Assembly (NCBI GenBank): GCA_965153355.1
Contig: OZ231126.1
Coordinates: forward strand, 41,788,001 to 41,852,000
From: Flaccisagitta enflata
Taxonomy: Eukaryota
DNA: 64,000 nucleotides
Direction: 5' to 3'
Below, in pieces: positions 28,626-41,837 of this stretch; within the stretch, counting starts at the first letter, position 1; each line of letters begins with the position of its first letter. Made by a program: the position numbers and the translations under genes. The notes beneath the pieces were generated by a model. That model ran no database searches. It saw only the letters and a program-made list of their open reading frames with translations, and was not told where the DNA came from.

Positions 28626-31600
28626 CTGGGTTTTAATCGCACCTCAGATTACGTGGTGTGATCTTGCAAAATCTCAAGCTACTTGTGCATTTACGGCTAT
28701 CGAAGTGTAGAACTCACTCCCCATGTCCATTAAATGAAACAAGATACCCCACCAGCAAAACCATAGGTCATATCATCAGTCCCTTTGCGGCAGCTGCTTC
28801 TATCATTATCTCATGGCTGCCGTTGAACAGTTCAAGCCAGCAATATTAGATGACAAAGGACCAATTAATTCTACATGTTTTAGACCATTACCATTTCTGT
28901 CATCAGAAGAAATAAACAAGGTCGGATACACAGCAATCCAGTCGCGGACGGTTGGGCAGGAGCAGTAATACAAAAACCGCTCAGAATTCAAAAATGTGAT
29001 GGACGGACGGACCGATATGACACGGTGCAAGATCACGCGAAAATTGCCAGTCACCAAGGCCAAAAAATTTAGTTGTCATAAAACAATTTTTTCTTGAATT
29101 TTCTTTTAATATATAACTTTGTGATAATAAAACAAAAAAAATCAATGCAAAATCTGTTTTGGTGAGCTAAATATTAATTATTATATATCAAAATATGATT
29201 TATTCAGTTTTCTAGCTTTTTTTTGTATTTTTCAAGTTTTTTGCATGAGAAAATATCTCAAAATGCTCTTAATATATTTTTGATGGATAAAAAATATAAA
29301 ATAAAATCTTTTTTACCCTAATCTTTACTATCAGATAAAGTTCTAGGCAAAAAAGTACAGAAAACAAACATTTTTTGGTTTTTTTTTTATCTTGTCATAA
29401 GACGGTTTCCTTTCAATGAGATATTGTCATGCAATTTTAAAATCAGCAATCGTCCATATATACACTTTATCATGATTGTTTTTGCGAAGCTGTTCATTCA
29501 TTCATTCATTCATTCATTCATTCATTCATTCATTCATTCATTCATTCATTCATTCATTTACAAGATTGGTAACAGCCAGAGGTGCCGATTCTGCTAAGCT
29601 GCCGCGTAGCAAGAAAAATCAAGCCGAAGCTGCCGCACTTATCAGAAAGGCTAATGTTTCATCTCTCTCTGTGCCAGCCCCCCCCCTCCACATTTTCCAA
29701 ACATTTATTTTATTGTCATCTAGACAATATCTACTAGGCACTACAAGACCGCTTGGAAAGGGTAAACATCTCTTAGGAATGACATGAAATTGAGGCAAGA
29801 GATCAGTTTATCTGACGGTAGTTTTTGCAGGGACAGGCCAATTCAAAAATATGGAGGCTTAGCTTTGCTCTGATGATTGCAAACTCTTTTTCTTTCTTTC
29901 ATTCGTTCTTTTTTTCCATCATTGTTTTTATCCTTCCGTCTGTTTCTTTCTTTCTGTTTTTCTTTCTCTCTTTCTCTTTCTGTCAGTCTTTCTTTCTTTC
30001 TTTCTTTCTTTTTCTATCTTTCTCCCTTGGCATGCCGCACCTGCCGCACTTTGGCGCTTGCCTCACGCGTAGCATTGCTACCATGCTACACGGAATCGGC
30101 ACATCTGGTAACAGCATAGTAATAATCGTTACTGTTGTTGTTGTTGTTGTTGTCATAGTTGTTGTTGATGTTGTTGTCTTTGTTGTTGTTGTTGTTGTTG
30201 TTGTTATTGTTGTCGTTGTTTTTGGGCAGTGGCCCTAAAGGGGCCGATGACCTATGCTTTCACACATAGGGGAAATTTCTCCTTCTTCTTCTTCTTCTTC
30301 TCCTTCTCTGTCCCCCCCTCAAGGCCCAAATCCTGGTCTCGAGACCCAAATCCTAGCTTTGAGGCTCACATCCCCGCTTCGAAGCTCAAATCCCAGCCTT
30401 GAGGCTCAAATCTCAGTCTCCAGGCTAAAATCCCAGCCTCGAGGCTCAAATCCCAGCCCTTAGGCTCAAATCCCAGTCTCAAGGCACAAATCCCAGCCTT
30501 GAAGCTCAAATCCTGGCCTCGAAGCTCAAATCCCAGCTTCAAAGCTCAAATCCCTGCCCCAAAGCTCAAATCCCAACCTCAAAGCTCAAATCCCAGCCTC
30601 GAAGCTCAAATCTTAGCCTTGAAGCTCAAATCCCAGCCTTGAAGCTCAAATCCCAGCCCAAGGCCCTAATCCAAGCCTCAAGGCCCCAATTCCAGCCTCC
30701 AGGCCCTAATTTAACCCTTTGAATTCAAAATTCTAGCCTAGGCTGACACAAATTTTAAGTCTGGCTATGTAGTGATGTACTCATGTCCTTTTTAGTCGCG
30801 GAATAGCGTCCGTCTGTTGGAGTGTTGGTCCGTCAGTCCTATGTTGAGCACAAGTTGAAAATTGCAAAAATGCGTATTTCTGCCCCTGCCCACCAGTCTG
30901 GGACTTGTATTGGTCCTGTATCCCGCCTTGTTTTAATAACGATTTATTGCAAACTCCCTGTTTCCCTGACCGCCAGGAATAAGAAATCTCAAATAAAACT
31001 TTTGTTTTTCGCTTAACATGTAACGATATAAAAGCAATACTATCGTGATGGATCGATCACCATTGTTTTACAACTGCTTAAGAATACATGGACCAGCAAA
31101 CTGATTGACTGACGGATGGACAAAAATTGAGAGAGACACATGCATAGGTTTAAAAAAAAATGTGACATCGGTTCCAAATGTAACTCAGTTAACACATGAA
31201 AATGCAGTAAAAATCTAATTCCTAAATATGAATGAATACAGTGTAAACAATAACAACGCTAATACAATCTACAAACTACAGTAAAGTAATGTATGACGCA
31301 GTAAAAAATATGTCGCTCCAATCAAAGATGGGGCCAATGACCTTTGCTTTCACACAGGGGGAAATTTCTCCTTCTTCTCCTTCTGCGTACCCCCCCCCGG
31401 CCTCAAAACCCAAATCCCAGCCACGAGACCCATAACCCAGCCTACCTAGAGGCTCAATTTCCATCCTCTAGGCCCAACTCTCAGTGTCAAAGCCCAGGCC
31501 AAAATTCTAGGCCCAAGACCCAAATCCCAGCTCTAAGGCCCAAATCCCGGCCTCAAAACCTAAATCTTAGCCCATAGACCCAAATCCTAACCACTAGAAG

Positions 31601-32985
31601 GAGAAGAAACAGGTCGCCAAAGGGCAATACGTGGTCAGCGATACCCGTTGCCCTGCTTTGCATGGTTGTAAATTGGAATGAGAGGCAGTGCAGCGGCCCC
31701 GAAGGGGACCAAGTCCTGTAGAACACAGGGGGACTTTCGTTCATCCGTTCGTTCGTCCCTTTGTCCGTTCGTTCGTCCCTTTGTCCGTCCGTCCGTCCCT
31801 TTGTCCCCCCAGGCCCTCTCAAGCCTGAAATCTGCCCTCTCAGGCCTAAAACCTGCCCTCTTAAGCCTGTAATCTGCCCTCTCGCCTTGAATCTGAGAGG
31901 GCAGATTTCAGGCCTGGTAGGGCAGATTTTAGGCCTGAGAGGACAGGTAACAGGTCTGAAAGGGCAAATTTCAGGCCTGCGAGGGCAGATTCAAGGCCAG
32001 AGAGGGCAGATTTCAGGCTTAAGAGGGCAGATTTTAGGCATGAGAGGGCAGAATTCAGGCCTGAGAGGGCCTGGGGGGACAAACAGACCCTTTGGGGCCG
32101 CTGCCTAAATCGAATCCTCATGTGTGAAGGCCCCTTTAGAGCCGCTGCCCAGCTCCCTCCCTCAACTTCAATGTCAACCTACTTAGGCAGGGCATGGGTA
32201 CCACTGACAACCGAATGCTTTTGCGACTATTTACTCTTTTTATTATACATTAAGTCGTCCTAAGTCCTTTTACGTCATTTTGAACCAATTTAAGTGAGAT
32301 AATAAAAAAAAACACATTTATGCCTGTTTTGGGGCTGTTAAGGCAACAAGGGGTGAATTTTTTTGCTGTTTGCGATTTTTGGCTCTGCACTGAAGCTGAA
32401 TATTGAAAAAAATTCTGTGAAAAAGAAAAACAATTTTTTTTTCATTGGCAGTAAGCCAGTTAAGTGGTTTTGGTTTTTTTTCTTCTACATTTTCATTGAT
32501 TTTTTTAACATTTTTTGGGTCCTCAATTGCTTCCTTGGATATCAAATGGCTGTTTTTTAGCCAAGACCCCATTAACAACTCATGATTTTACAATCCAAGC
32601 ATGATTTTGGTTGAAATATAAAAAAAAAACAGTTTTTTTTATATTTAGACAAATTTTGTAATTTTTGCCTGTTTTGAGCTACTTTTTGGTACTCTTGGGG
32701 GCCTCTGGGTGGGCAACTTGGGTGCATGGGGCCTTTCCCTAACTATATCTATACTACAGTATCATACCCAGCCCTCTCCAAGACCAGACGAGTCCTGAAT
32801 CCTATCGATATGCGTGACCGCGATCTTATTCTCATTATTTCGTTTGTTATGCATTTTGCCGGTATCGAAGGTCATTCCTTTCTTTGGCTTGAGAAATTTC
32901 CTGTCGCTTTTCATTCTTGACTGACGATTAAAATCGTGCGCACCAATCTCTCTCTTTTTCTTTCTGGCGAGCTCAATTCGCTACT

Positions 32986-33032
32986 TGGTGGCAGCGGTGG
33001 GATTCGAACCCACGCCTCCGAAGAGACTGGTG
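32986..33032 (-). pseudogene. 3' half of tRNA-Leu (AAG/TAG type) including encoded CCA
   Basis: Minus strand reads CACCAGTCTCTTCGGAGGCGTGGGTTCGAATCCCACCGCTGCCA-CCA: long variable arm, T-arm GGTTCGAATCC and acceptor 3' strand. The 5' half is absent. Confidence 0.85.
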
Positions 33033-33945
33033 ATTTGCACCCTATCCAAACAGCAACATTCAGGGCTTCAGCACTCAGATTATGAGCCATAATCATTTTC
33101 ATTGAAAATTATGAATTTGCATAGAAAATGAAAAACTGGAAAAATGAAAAACATCAGTAGCTAGCAAAATTGATTATCTAGGTGGTGATGTTTTTAAAAA
33201 TGCAAAAATGTTGACCATTTTCATTATTCATAATTTTCAAATTCCAAAATGTTTTTTTGCTGAAGTAGCAAATCATCATATAGTGTAAAGAAAAAACATC
33301 AAAATGGCATCATAAAATGGTCGCAGATAGATAAAATTTGAACTGTAACTAGCCAGATATGTCCCCTAACTAAGTCTGAAATCTTGTGGTTCTGGCCCAT
33401 CTGGAAGTAGGCTTATTGTTGGTCCAATCATTTTTTTCACTTTTTTTCAAATATTCATTGTAATATTGAAAATTTGAAAAAATGTGTTTGTTAGGCATCT
33501 GAATTTTAATTGGTTGGATAGCCAAATTTTTTGTACATACCTTGTGATACCCTGAGCGGGTCTGGTTCATTGAATGAAGACTCATATTCATTTTTTTGTG
33601 ATAACAACAGCTAGAAAATATGATACTAACAGCATTTTAACGTGATTTTGAATTTTTTCCATAATTCTTTTTTTTTCCAAATTGTTTTTGCCACAAGCTG
33701 GCCATAGAAGCATCCCTACCTTGAAGGGGTCATTTATTACAGTACTTAGGTATATCTGACCACTAGCAGAAGCATAATTTTTTGGTTTTATATGTAAATT
33801 AGTATACTGCAATCAGGTGACTGGCAAATTTCAAATGATCTTGCTCCATGTCATATACCGACCTACCGACCAACCGACCGACACGGCAAGGTGTAGAGTC
33901 GCGTGTCCGCGACTAAAAAGAAATGGCATGAAGTGATCAAGTTTA

Positions 33946-34392
33946 CACTTTTTTTATTTTATAAAAGACTTTTTTATAAGAGACATGAGCCTGAGATTTG
34001 ACAAAATTTTAAGAACAAAATAAGAGAATGCCCAGGCTGAGATTCAGTTTTAAAATGTTTTAAGGGAAATCACTTTTAGAATTGTAATAAAATAAATGAT
34101 AATTATTCAAATTTTTTAATGAAATTGGTAGTTTTTTTGAAAAATACTACTTCTTTTATGATTTTGTCTGTAAAATCAGGCAAGATATTCAATGTTCTAC
34201 AATAATGAACTAGTTTTTTACTAAAGATACATAGAATATCATTAAATATTGTGTCTATACACTTTTTGCTTTTTTTACACATTGCAAAAATTAAGAACAA
34301 TTTAAGAGACATTGAGCCTCAAAACGGCAAAAAATTTAAAAGAACCCAGGCTGAGTTCAAAAAAGGTTGTCTCTTATAAAATAAAAAAAGTG
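33946..34392. mobile_element. Same MITE family, copy 2
   Basis: Same termini and internal motifs as 18446-18876. Confidence 0.8.
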
Positions 34393-34459
34393 TATACTAC
34401 CGTTTTAAGCGGATTTCCGATCTACAGTGAGGGTGTAACTATATTTGATTCTTTTTTAT

Positions 34460-34563
<104 letters not shown>

Positions 34564-34622
34564 TCGTTCTTTCCTTCTTTCTTTCTTTCTTTCTGTTTTC
34601 ATTCTTTTTTCTTTCCTTTTTC

Positions 34623-34692
<70 letters not shown>

Positions 34693-34764
34693 CTCTTTCT
34701 TTTTTTCGTCCTGTGTGACTGTATTTCTTTCTTTCTTTTTCTTTTTTCTTTGCTTATTATTTTA

Positions 34765-35812
34765 AGGGTTATGAAAAAAAAATGGACCCATCACAAATTT
34801 TTGCATGTCGGTCCTAAAAAGCAGAAAGTAGAACAAGAATCTGATACTTATTTTGGCCTATCTTGAGCAAAAAAAAAAAGAAAAGAAACAGTTTTATGTG
34901 CCAAAAACAGCTATTTTTAGTCGCGGACACGCAACTCTACACCTTGCCATGTCGGTTGGTCCGTCCGTCCGTCGGTCCGTTGGTCTGTCACATTTCTGAA
35001 TTCCGAGGGATTTTCGCATTACTGCTCCTGCCCAACCGTCCGCGACTGGATTGCCGTGTATCCGGCCTTGTTCCTAAAAGAATAGTATAAAATGAAATAT
35101 TTTGGAGTTTTTTCTTTACAAAACATAAAGTACCAATAGTAATTGATATTTTTAACCTAGAACAATCTAGAATAGGCCTAAGAGGTTCAAAAATAGCATT
35201 AAAATCCCCAAAAATGAAGAAATGACCCAAAAAAAATAGAATCCTATAAACTGATATTTTGGAAAAGTTTCTTTGGGTAAAATATGCTGTCAGTATGAAT
35301 TTCATCAATTTACTCAAAAAAACATGGCTGTGATAAACGAAAAACGCAAAACCGCAATACGCAAATTGATCTCATTTGCATATTGAGGTTTTGCGTTTTT
35401 CACTTATCACGGCTATATTTTCAAAAGTTAATCAATGAAATTCATACTGACAGCATATTTTACCCTAAGAAACTGTTCCAAAACATCAGTTTTGACAATT
35501 TATCAATTTATAGGTCATTTCTTCATTTTTGAGCATTTTTATGCTATTTTTGAACCTCATAGACCTATTCAAAATTGTTCTAGATTCACTCAAATATCAA
35601 TTACTATTGGTACTTTATGTTTCTGTAAAAAAAAGGCCAAAATATTTCATTTTATACCATTTTTTTAGGAAAAATAGCTGTTTTTTGCACTAAAAACCGT
35701 TTCTTTTTTGTTTGGCTCAAGTTAGGTCAAAATGAACATCAGAATCTTGTTCTACAGCCTTTTTAGGTCCCCTGTGCAAAAATCTTGGATGGGTCCTTTT
35801 TTTTTTTTTTTT
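34765..35812. mobile_element. ~1-kb palindromic MITE interrupted by a HINE (34914-35072)
   Basis: GGACCCATC..GTAGAACAAGAATCTGAT (34783-34845) is inverted at 35739-35797. Arms 35073-35360 / 35385-35670 are inverted. Confidence 0.7.
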
Positions 35813-35845
35813 AAAGAATTTTGCAAGTGGGAATCCTGGCCGCAA

Positions 35846-36508
35846 ATAAACGATTTTTTGTTTATTTGGAAAGGAAATTGGGAGCAAAAAAACGATTTTG
35901 GATGAGGAGGAGGAGGGGGGAGGAGGAGGAGAGAAATATAAAATCTGTTTATGAGATCAAATTTAAAGTACCAAATAAAACAAAGTCGTTTATGAGAATC
36001 ATATTTTTGGTGTTTATAAACACAAAAACTTCTAAAGGAGTGTAAACGTTTATGAAAACCAATTTATGGTACCAAATAAACGATTTTTTGTTTATTTGGG
36101 AAGGAAATTGGGAGCAAATAAACGATTTTGGATGAGGAGGAGGAGGAGGGGGAGGAGGAGGAATGAAATATAAAAATCTGTTTATTAGATCAAATTTATG
36201 GTACCAAATAAACAAATTTGTTTATGAGGTTCATATTTTTGGTGTTTATAAACACAAAAATTTCTAAAGGAGTGTAAACGTTTATGAAAACCAATTTATG
36301 GTACCAAATAAACGATTTTTGTTTATTTGGAACAGAAATTGGGGGCAAATAAACGATTTTGGATGAGGAAGAGGAGGAGGAGGAGGAGGAAGAGGAGATA
36401 AATATGAAAATCTGTTTATGAGATCAAATTTATGGTACCAAATAAACAAATTCGTTTATGAGGTTCATATTTTTGGTGTTTATAAACACAAAAACTTCTA
36501 AAGGAGTG
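35846..36508 (-). repeat. Right-arm tandem array, inner part (~230-bp unit)
   Basis: Reverse complement of the 3700-5975 array. It breaks at AAGGAGTG|CACTC and resumes at 47227. Confidence 0.92.
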
Positions 36509-37531
36509 CACTCATAAAAAAAATTTTCTGGTATAACTTTGTCTAATGAAATATATCTAGTGGGTCGATTATTATACTTGGGCCCCAATTATATTTCATT
36601 TATATTTTCATTATATGAAAATATACTGAAATATACTGAAATATACCGAAATATACAAAGTTATACAGCCCTGGAGGGTCAGATTTTAAAAATTGTACAG
36701 TATTATACTTGCGAAATATAACAGTTAGACAAATTCTTATGCATATAATAATTATATTTTTTAATTTTTTGTCTAACAATTATATTTCATTCTTATAATG
36801 ATTATACTTCGTCACAATATATTAATTATATTTGGCCCGCTGGGCCTAAAAAAAAACCGGGCCCGGGTGCTGGCATCGAGTAAAATACTCGAAACCAGCA
36901 CCAGGGCCCGGTTAATAATTTATTAAGATTCAATTATTAGTGCGAAATTCAACAGTAACGATGGATTGATTTACAGAGCCAACACACCTTTATATAATTC
37001 GCGGAAGCAGTACGAGCTGCACCTTCACTGCGGGAAACGATTCCATTTGGAACGTGGTCGCACTACTGCCACAATAACTGACTAACTTGTCAAAAACAGA
37101 CAGATTCTAGATAACAAATGTATTGTTTTTAAATGTCGCAGTGCAAAAGAATTGGAATTAAACGAAAGCCTTTTATTTTTTACAATCTTATTATCCATAT
37201 CACCTGGCAATTATTATTACAACATTATCACAGTAATGTCAGCATGGAAATGGCGATATATCAGCAAAAACAAACCGCAACAATAATTATGCGAGATTTA
37301 ACATTAGGCCGGTGTTTCATCGTTTCGCGATTCTATTCTTAATGCTATTCTAAAGAATGACGATCTAGCAAAAAATAAATTTACAACGACTGTTAAATAT
37401 CAAAAATAATTGTTGGACGAAGGTTCACATTGCAACGAAAACAAAAAATATTATAGCACGGCTGGAACGGTGACATCTAGGATACTGTTAACGGTAATTC
37501 AAAACGCAATATAATTATTTTATTGCTGCAA

Positions 37532-38200
37532 CTACACTTTGTAGAAAATAAATGTAACGTCAAGGTGAACATGGCGGTCATGGCGCTGATGGAGATGATG
37601 GCGGTGAGCGGGGTTGATGGCGCTTATGGCGTTGTCGGCCAAGGAGCTGTCTCTTCCACTTCCTCTAGTGGACCCACGTTGGCGGGCAAGGATCTGTCTC
37701 TTCCACTTGCTCGAGTGGAACCACTTTGTGTCCAAAATGATCAGGCCTGTAGACACGATGAGAGGAAATATTTTTCACAAAACGATGTAATAAATCAAGT
37801 TAAATTAACTAAAATGACTCACATAAGGAAACGACAAACATCGAAAAGGTGGATCCCCTCGCAAATCAAGGAAAATGTACTTACATCCAACAATAGCGAA
37901 TACAAAAGAATAATACCTGCAATGTGGACAGGAATCCAGGTCGTACATCATATATGCGTCGGAAATGCAATCGTAATCCTGATGGACATGAGCAAAAAGG
38001 AGAAAAAGGTTAATCTACCGAACCACTATCGTGATCTATGTCACCAGAATTATATGCGCCCAAAACAGGTCAAGACTTACACGGATGCTGTTGATGGTTT
38101 CCCAAGATACTGGCGCAGGAAAGGGGAAGTCACGGGCAAAAGAATCGTTCATCGGCTCCCTATCTTTCTTAAAGTCAAAATACACAGGGAAGCAAGACAT
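37532..38200 (-). CDS. Spliced orphan mini-gene inside the CACT element (3 coding exons; 142 aa with one hydrophobic segment, or 87 aa with an alternative donor)
   Basis: Exon 38200-38081 MSCFPVYFDF...WETINSIR|GTAAGT. Exon 37978-37885 DYDCISDAYMMYDLDSCPHCRYYSFVFAIVG|GTAAGT. Exon 37746-37532 CLIILDTKWFHSSKWKRQ...*. An alternative donor at 37917 gives ...CPHCRPDHFGHKVVPLEQVEETDPCPPTWVH*. Confidence 0.55.
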
Positions 38201-38379
38201 TATTCACCTAAAATACAAAAAATACATATATAACAAAATTTAAAATTCTTTGGTGACACCACGATTATTACAGCAATCGATAGAGAATCGTCTGGGATTT
38301 CTTTTGATATGTTGCATTAAATGTTCGTGCCACGGGAACGCGAGTTATTGAAATTGAAAGTTTTTGGAGGCGCGCGCGC

Positions 38380-38560
38380 GCTTCTCTCCTCCTCCACCGG
38401 AAGTCGACTGTCCGCCATCTTGATCGATGCTCGAAGGGAGATCCTCTCCTTCCTCCACTGCAACGGATCCCTGGCCCGGACCACCGATAGCCATCTTGGA
38501 TTACCATCGAGTGTCTTCCTCCTCCGCGGACTCCGACGGTCGGCTGCAGAAGGAGAGAGA
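38380..38560 (-). promoter_or_regulatory. CpG-rich promoter/5'UTR region with YY1 and ETS-type motifs upstream of the mini-gene
   Basis: CAAGATGGCGG on minus (38412-38422), a second CCAAGATGGC (38490-38499), CCGGAAGT (38397-38404) and a (GC)n run at ~38369-38380. Confidence 0.45.
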
Positions 38561-38659
38561 GTTTCACAGGTTTCATATCCGCCTCGCGCGAACCACCAAC
38601 TTTGGAATTTTACCACGCCCTAACCCGCAAGGATGAACGCATGAAAATTGGTATGGACA

Positions 38660-39609
38660 CTCTCCAGACATACCCCGTGGTATCCCAACCGGCCTCAGCC
38701 CTCGGAGACCCCCTCTGGCCGTTCTCAAATCGGCCAAAGTCACCGCCGCGCCGAAAATATCGTCCTCGCTATATTCGCCCATTTCATGCTAACCGCTTCA
38801 AACCCTCGACTCCCAATTTTCACTACGGCCAAACGCGCGGGAGTTAAGGAACAAAATTTGACATACAACCTCTCCAGACACACCCCGTGGTATCCCAACC
38901 GGCCTCAGCCCTCGGAGACCTCGGCCGGCCGTTCTCGAATCGGCCAAAGTCACCGCCACGCCGAAAAAAGCGCCCTCGCTATATTCGCCCATTTCATGCT
39001 AACCGCTTCAAACCCTCGACTCCCAATTTTCACTACGGCCAAACGCGCGGGAGTTAAGGAACAAAATTTGACATACAACCTCTCCAGACACCCCCCGTGG
39101 TATCCCAACCGGCCTCAGCCCTCGGAGACCTCGGCCGGCCGTTCTCGAATCGGCCAAAGTCACCGCCACGCCGAAAAAAGCGCCCTCGCTATATTCGCCC
39201 ATTTCATGCTAACCGCTTCAAACCCTCGACTCCCAATTTTCACTACGGCCAAACGCGCGGGAGTTAAGGCACAAAATTTGACATACAACCTCTCCAGACA
39301 CACCCCGTGGTATCCCAACCGGCCTCAGCCCTCGGAGACCCCCTCTGGCCGTTCTCGAATCGGCCAAAGTCACCGCCGCGCCGAAAATATCATCCTCGCT
39401 GAGTTAACCCATTTCATGCTAACCGCTTCGAACCCTCGACTCCCGAATTTTACTACGGCCAAACGCGCGGGAGTTAAGGCACAAAATTTTACAAACACCC
39501 TCTCCAGACACATTCCGTGGTATCCCAACCGGCCTCAGCCCTTGGAGACCCCCTCCGGCTGTTCTCAAATCGGCCAAAGTCGCCGCTGCGCCGAAAATAT
39601 CGGCCTCGC
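38660..39609. repeat. GC-rich 210-bp tandem array, ~4.5 copies
   Basis: TCTCCAGACA at 38661, 38871, 39081, 39291 and 39501 (exact 210-bp period). Confidence 0.97.
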
Positions 39610-40672
39610 CCTTTTAATGGTTGGAAATGGAAAAAAGTCGAAGAGTAGTCGTATCTTCGAAGCAGCTAAACAGTGGTGCAGCAGCAGCGCATCGAGGCGT
39701 TGGGCGATGCTGTGGACGTTGGAGAGGCTCGTGGCGTCTTGCTGACATCGTGGACGTGACCTCGAGGCGTTGGGGATGCTGTTGGGATCGTGATGGTGCC
39801 TGGAAGTTGACAGTTCGACGACGTCCTAGACATGCAAAGTTTAAGGGAAGAAAGGGATTAATCGACGTTCGATTGTTGGAGTCAAGTTCGTAGGTTTGAG
39901 GGGTTGGTAATTGCTCGGGAGTCAGTTAATTAGTTACTAAATTTGTTTCTCTGGTTCACTTAACAGAGTAACTCTATGAGAGCCTTTGTCTGTCCGTCCG
40001 TCCGTCCGTGAGCACGAGTCAAAAAGTATGGATACGCGCATTTCCGTCCGTGCCCACCCATCCACAACTGGTGGCCAAGTATCTGTCTATCCATCAGTTC
40101 CTTAGTCCCTCCCAGGCCCTCACAGGCCTGAAATCTGCCGTCTTAGGCCTGAAATCTGCCCTTTCAAACCTGAAACCTGCTTTTTGGGCAGCGGCCCCGA
40201 AGGGGACGAAGTCCTGTAGAACTGAAATCCGCCCTCTCAGGCCTGAAATCTGCCCTCTCAGGCCTGATATCTGCCCTCTCAGGCCTTGAATCTGCCCTCT
40301 TGAGCCTAAAATCTGCCATCAGGCCTGCAATCTGTCCTGTTAGGCCTTAAAATCGGCCCTTTAAGGCAGATTCAAGGCTTGGGAGGGCAGATTTAAGGCC
40401 TGAGAGGGCAGATTTCAGGCCTGATAGGGCAGATTTCAAGCCTCATAGTCCAGATTTCAGGCCTGAGAGGGCCTAGGGGAGACGGACGGACAGACGGACG
40501 GATGGATGGACGGACAGACGAACGAACGAACAAACGAACGAAAATCCCCCTGTGTTCTACAGGACTTCGTCCCCTTCGGAGCCGCTGCCCTGTTTCCCCT
40601 CACTCAAATTCACAATCATGCAAAACAGGGCAACGGGTATCGCTGACCACATATTGCCCTTGGGCGACCTGT

Positions 40673-40750
<78 letters not shown>

Positions 40751-41837
40751 AATCTCTTTCCTACCCCACCCTCACCAGCTATAGATGACAAGATCTGTCC
40801 GATCAGCCTGTTCAAGTTGGTGTAAGTTGGCTCTTTGCATTTGCTGTTGAAAGTGATGTAATGGTGCCCAATATAATTGTTTTATTCGGCTCGATGGCCG
40901 CTTCAGGACGCCGACGGACGCCGACGGACGCCAAATATAATTGTTTTATTTGCCTGGTGACGCTGCTGACGGGCCGCTGGAGGTGGCGAGAGCGTTGGTG
41001 AGGGTCAGACAACACGCAGCAACTATGGTTGTTGGTGGTGAGTGAGTTCCACGACGATAGTTGATGATTTAGATGCTTTAAGGCTCGTGCATCCGAATTG
41101 CATCACCTTGGAGCCGCCTGGAGGATTTTGATGATGCTCCCTCGAGGTGTTGGGCGACTGTAATCGACTTGAAATTGATGTAGACGTGTTGGGGGACTCG
41201 AGATAGAGTGACAGGTCGCGTTTGAGACAAATTCTTCAAAGGGTTCGCGCGCTGGAGCTTTCGGAAGCTGCAGATGCAGATGGCGGCACGACAAGCCGTT
41301 GGAGGTCGCGACGAAGTCGTGGAGGGTCGTGTTGTGAACTCAAAGTCCCGTTGGAGCTTTTTACAATGTTTGACATCGATACACTTTTTAGTTCAAGAGA
41401 AATCCTTCGTAATGCAACTTAACATTTGTGTTGTTAGTTGTGGCTGCGCCAGGGAAGCGTCAACGAGGAGCTGGAGGGCTGGCGGAGCCGTGATGACGGT
41501 TGAGAAAGGTGTGGGGACGTGAGATGGAGTGGTCGAAATCGTTGTGGGCCGGATTGGCGCGAGGATGTGGCTGCAGTGGGTCGTTGAAGCTGCAGCTGCA
41601 GTGTAGACGGCGACGAGCTGTTTGAAGCGGCTCATTACGGCGTCAGTGAGTCAATGAAGTCGAGGGGGTGTCGAGTTAGTAACGTGTCGACTGCTGAACC
41701 ACTCGAGGTCGTCGTTGACCCGTGGCTGCAGTTTAGAAGTGACGTAATTCAAAGCTGCCGCCGACGTTTTTATTTGAGAAGGCTGAAATTTTTAACAGAA
41801 GTCACTTAAACCACGATGTAGCTCTAGTAAAAATTTT

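Noticed and set aside
32986-33032. Functional tRNA gene or LTR primer-binding site
   Set aside because: The 5' half and anticodon are missing; the match is far longer than a PBS; no CA-ended LTR or gag/pol is adjacent.
38648-39745. 365-aa ORF with 70-aa repeats
   Set aside because: Explained by a 210-bp (multiple of 3) GC-rich tandem array; no recognisable domain and no ATG at the listed start.
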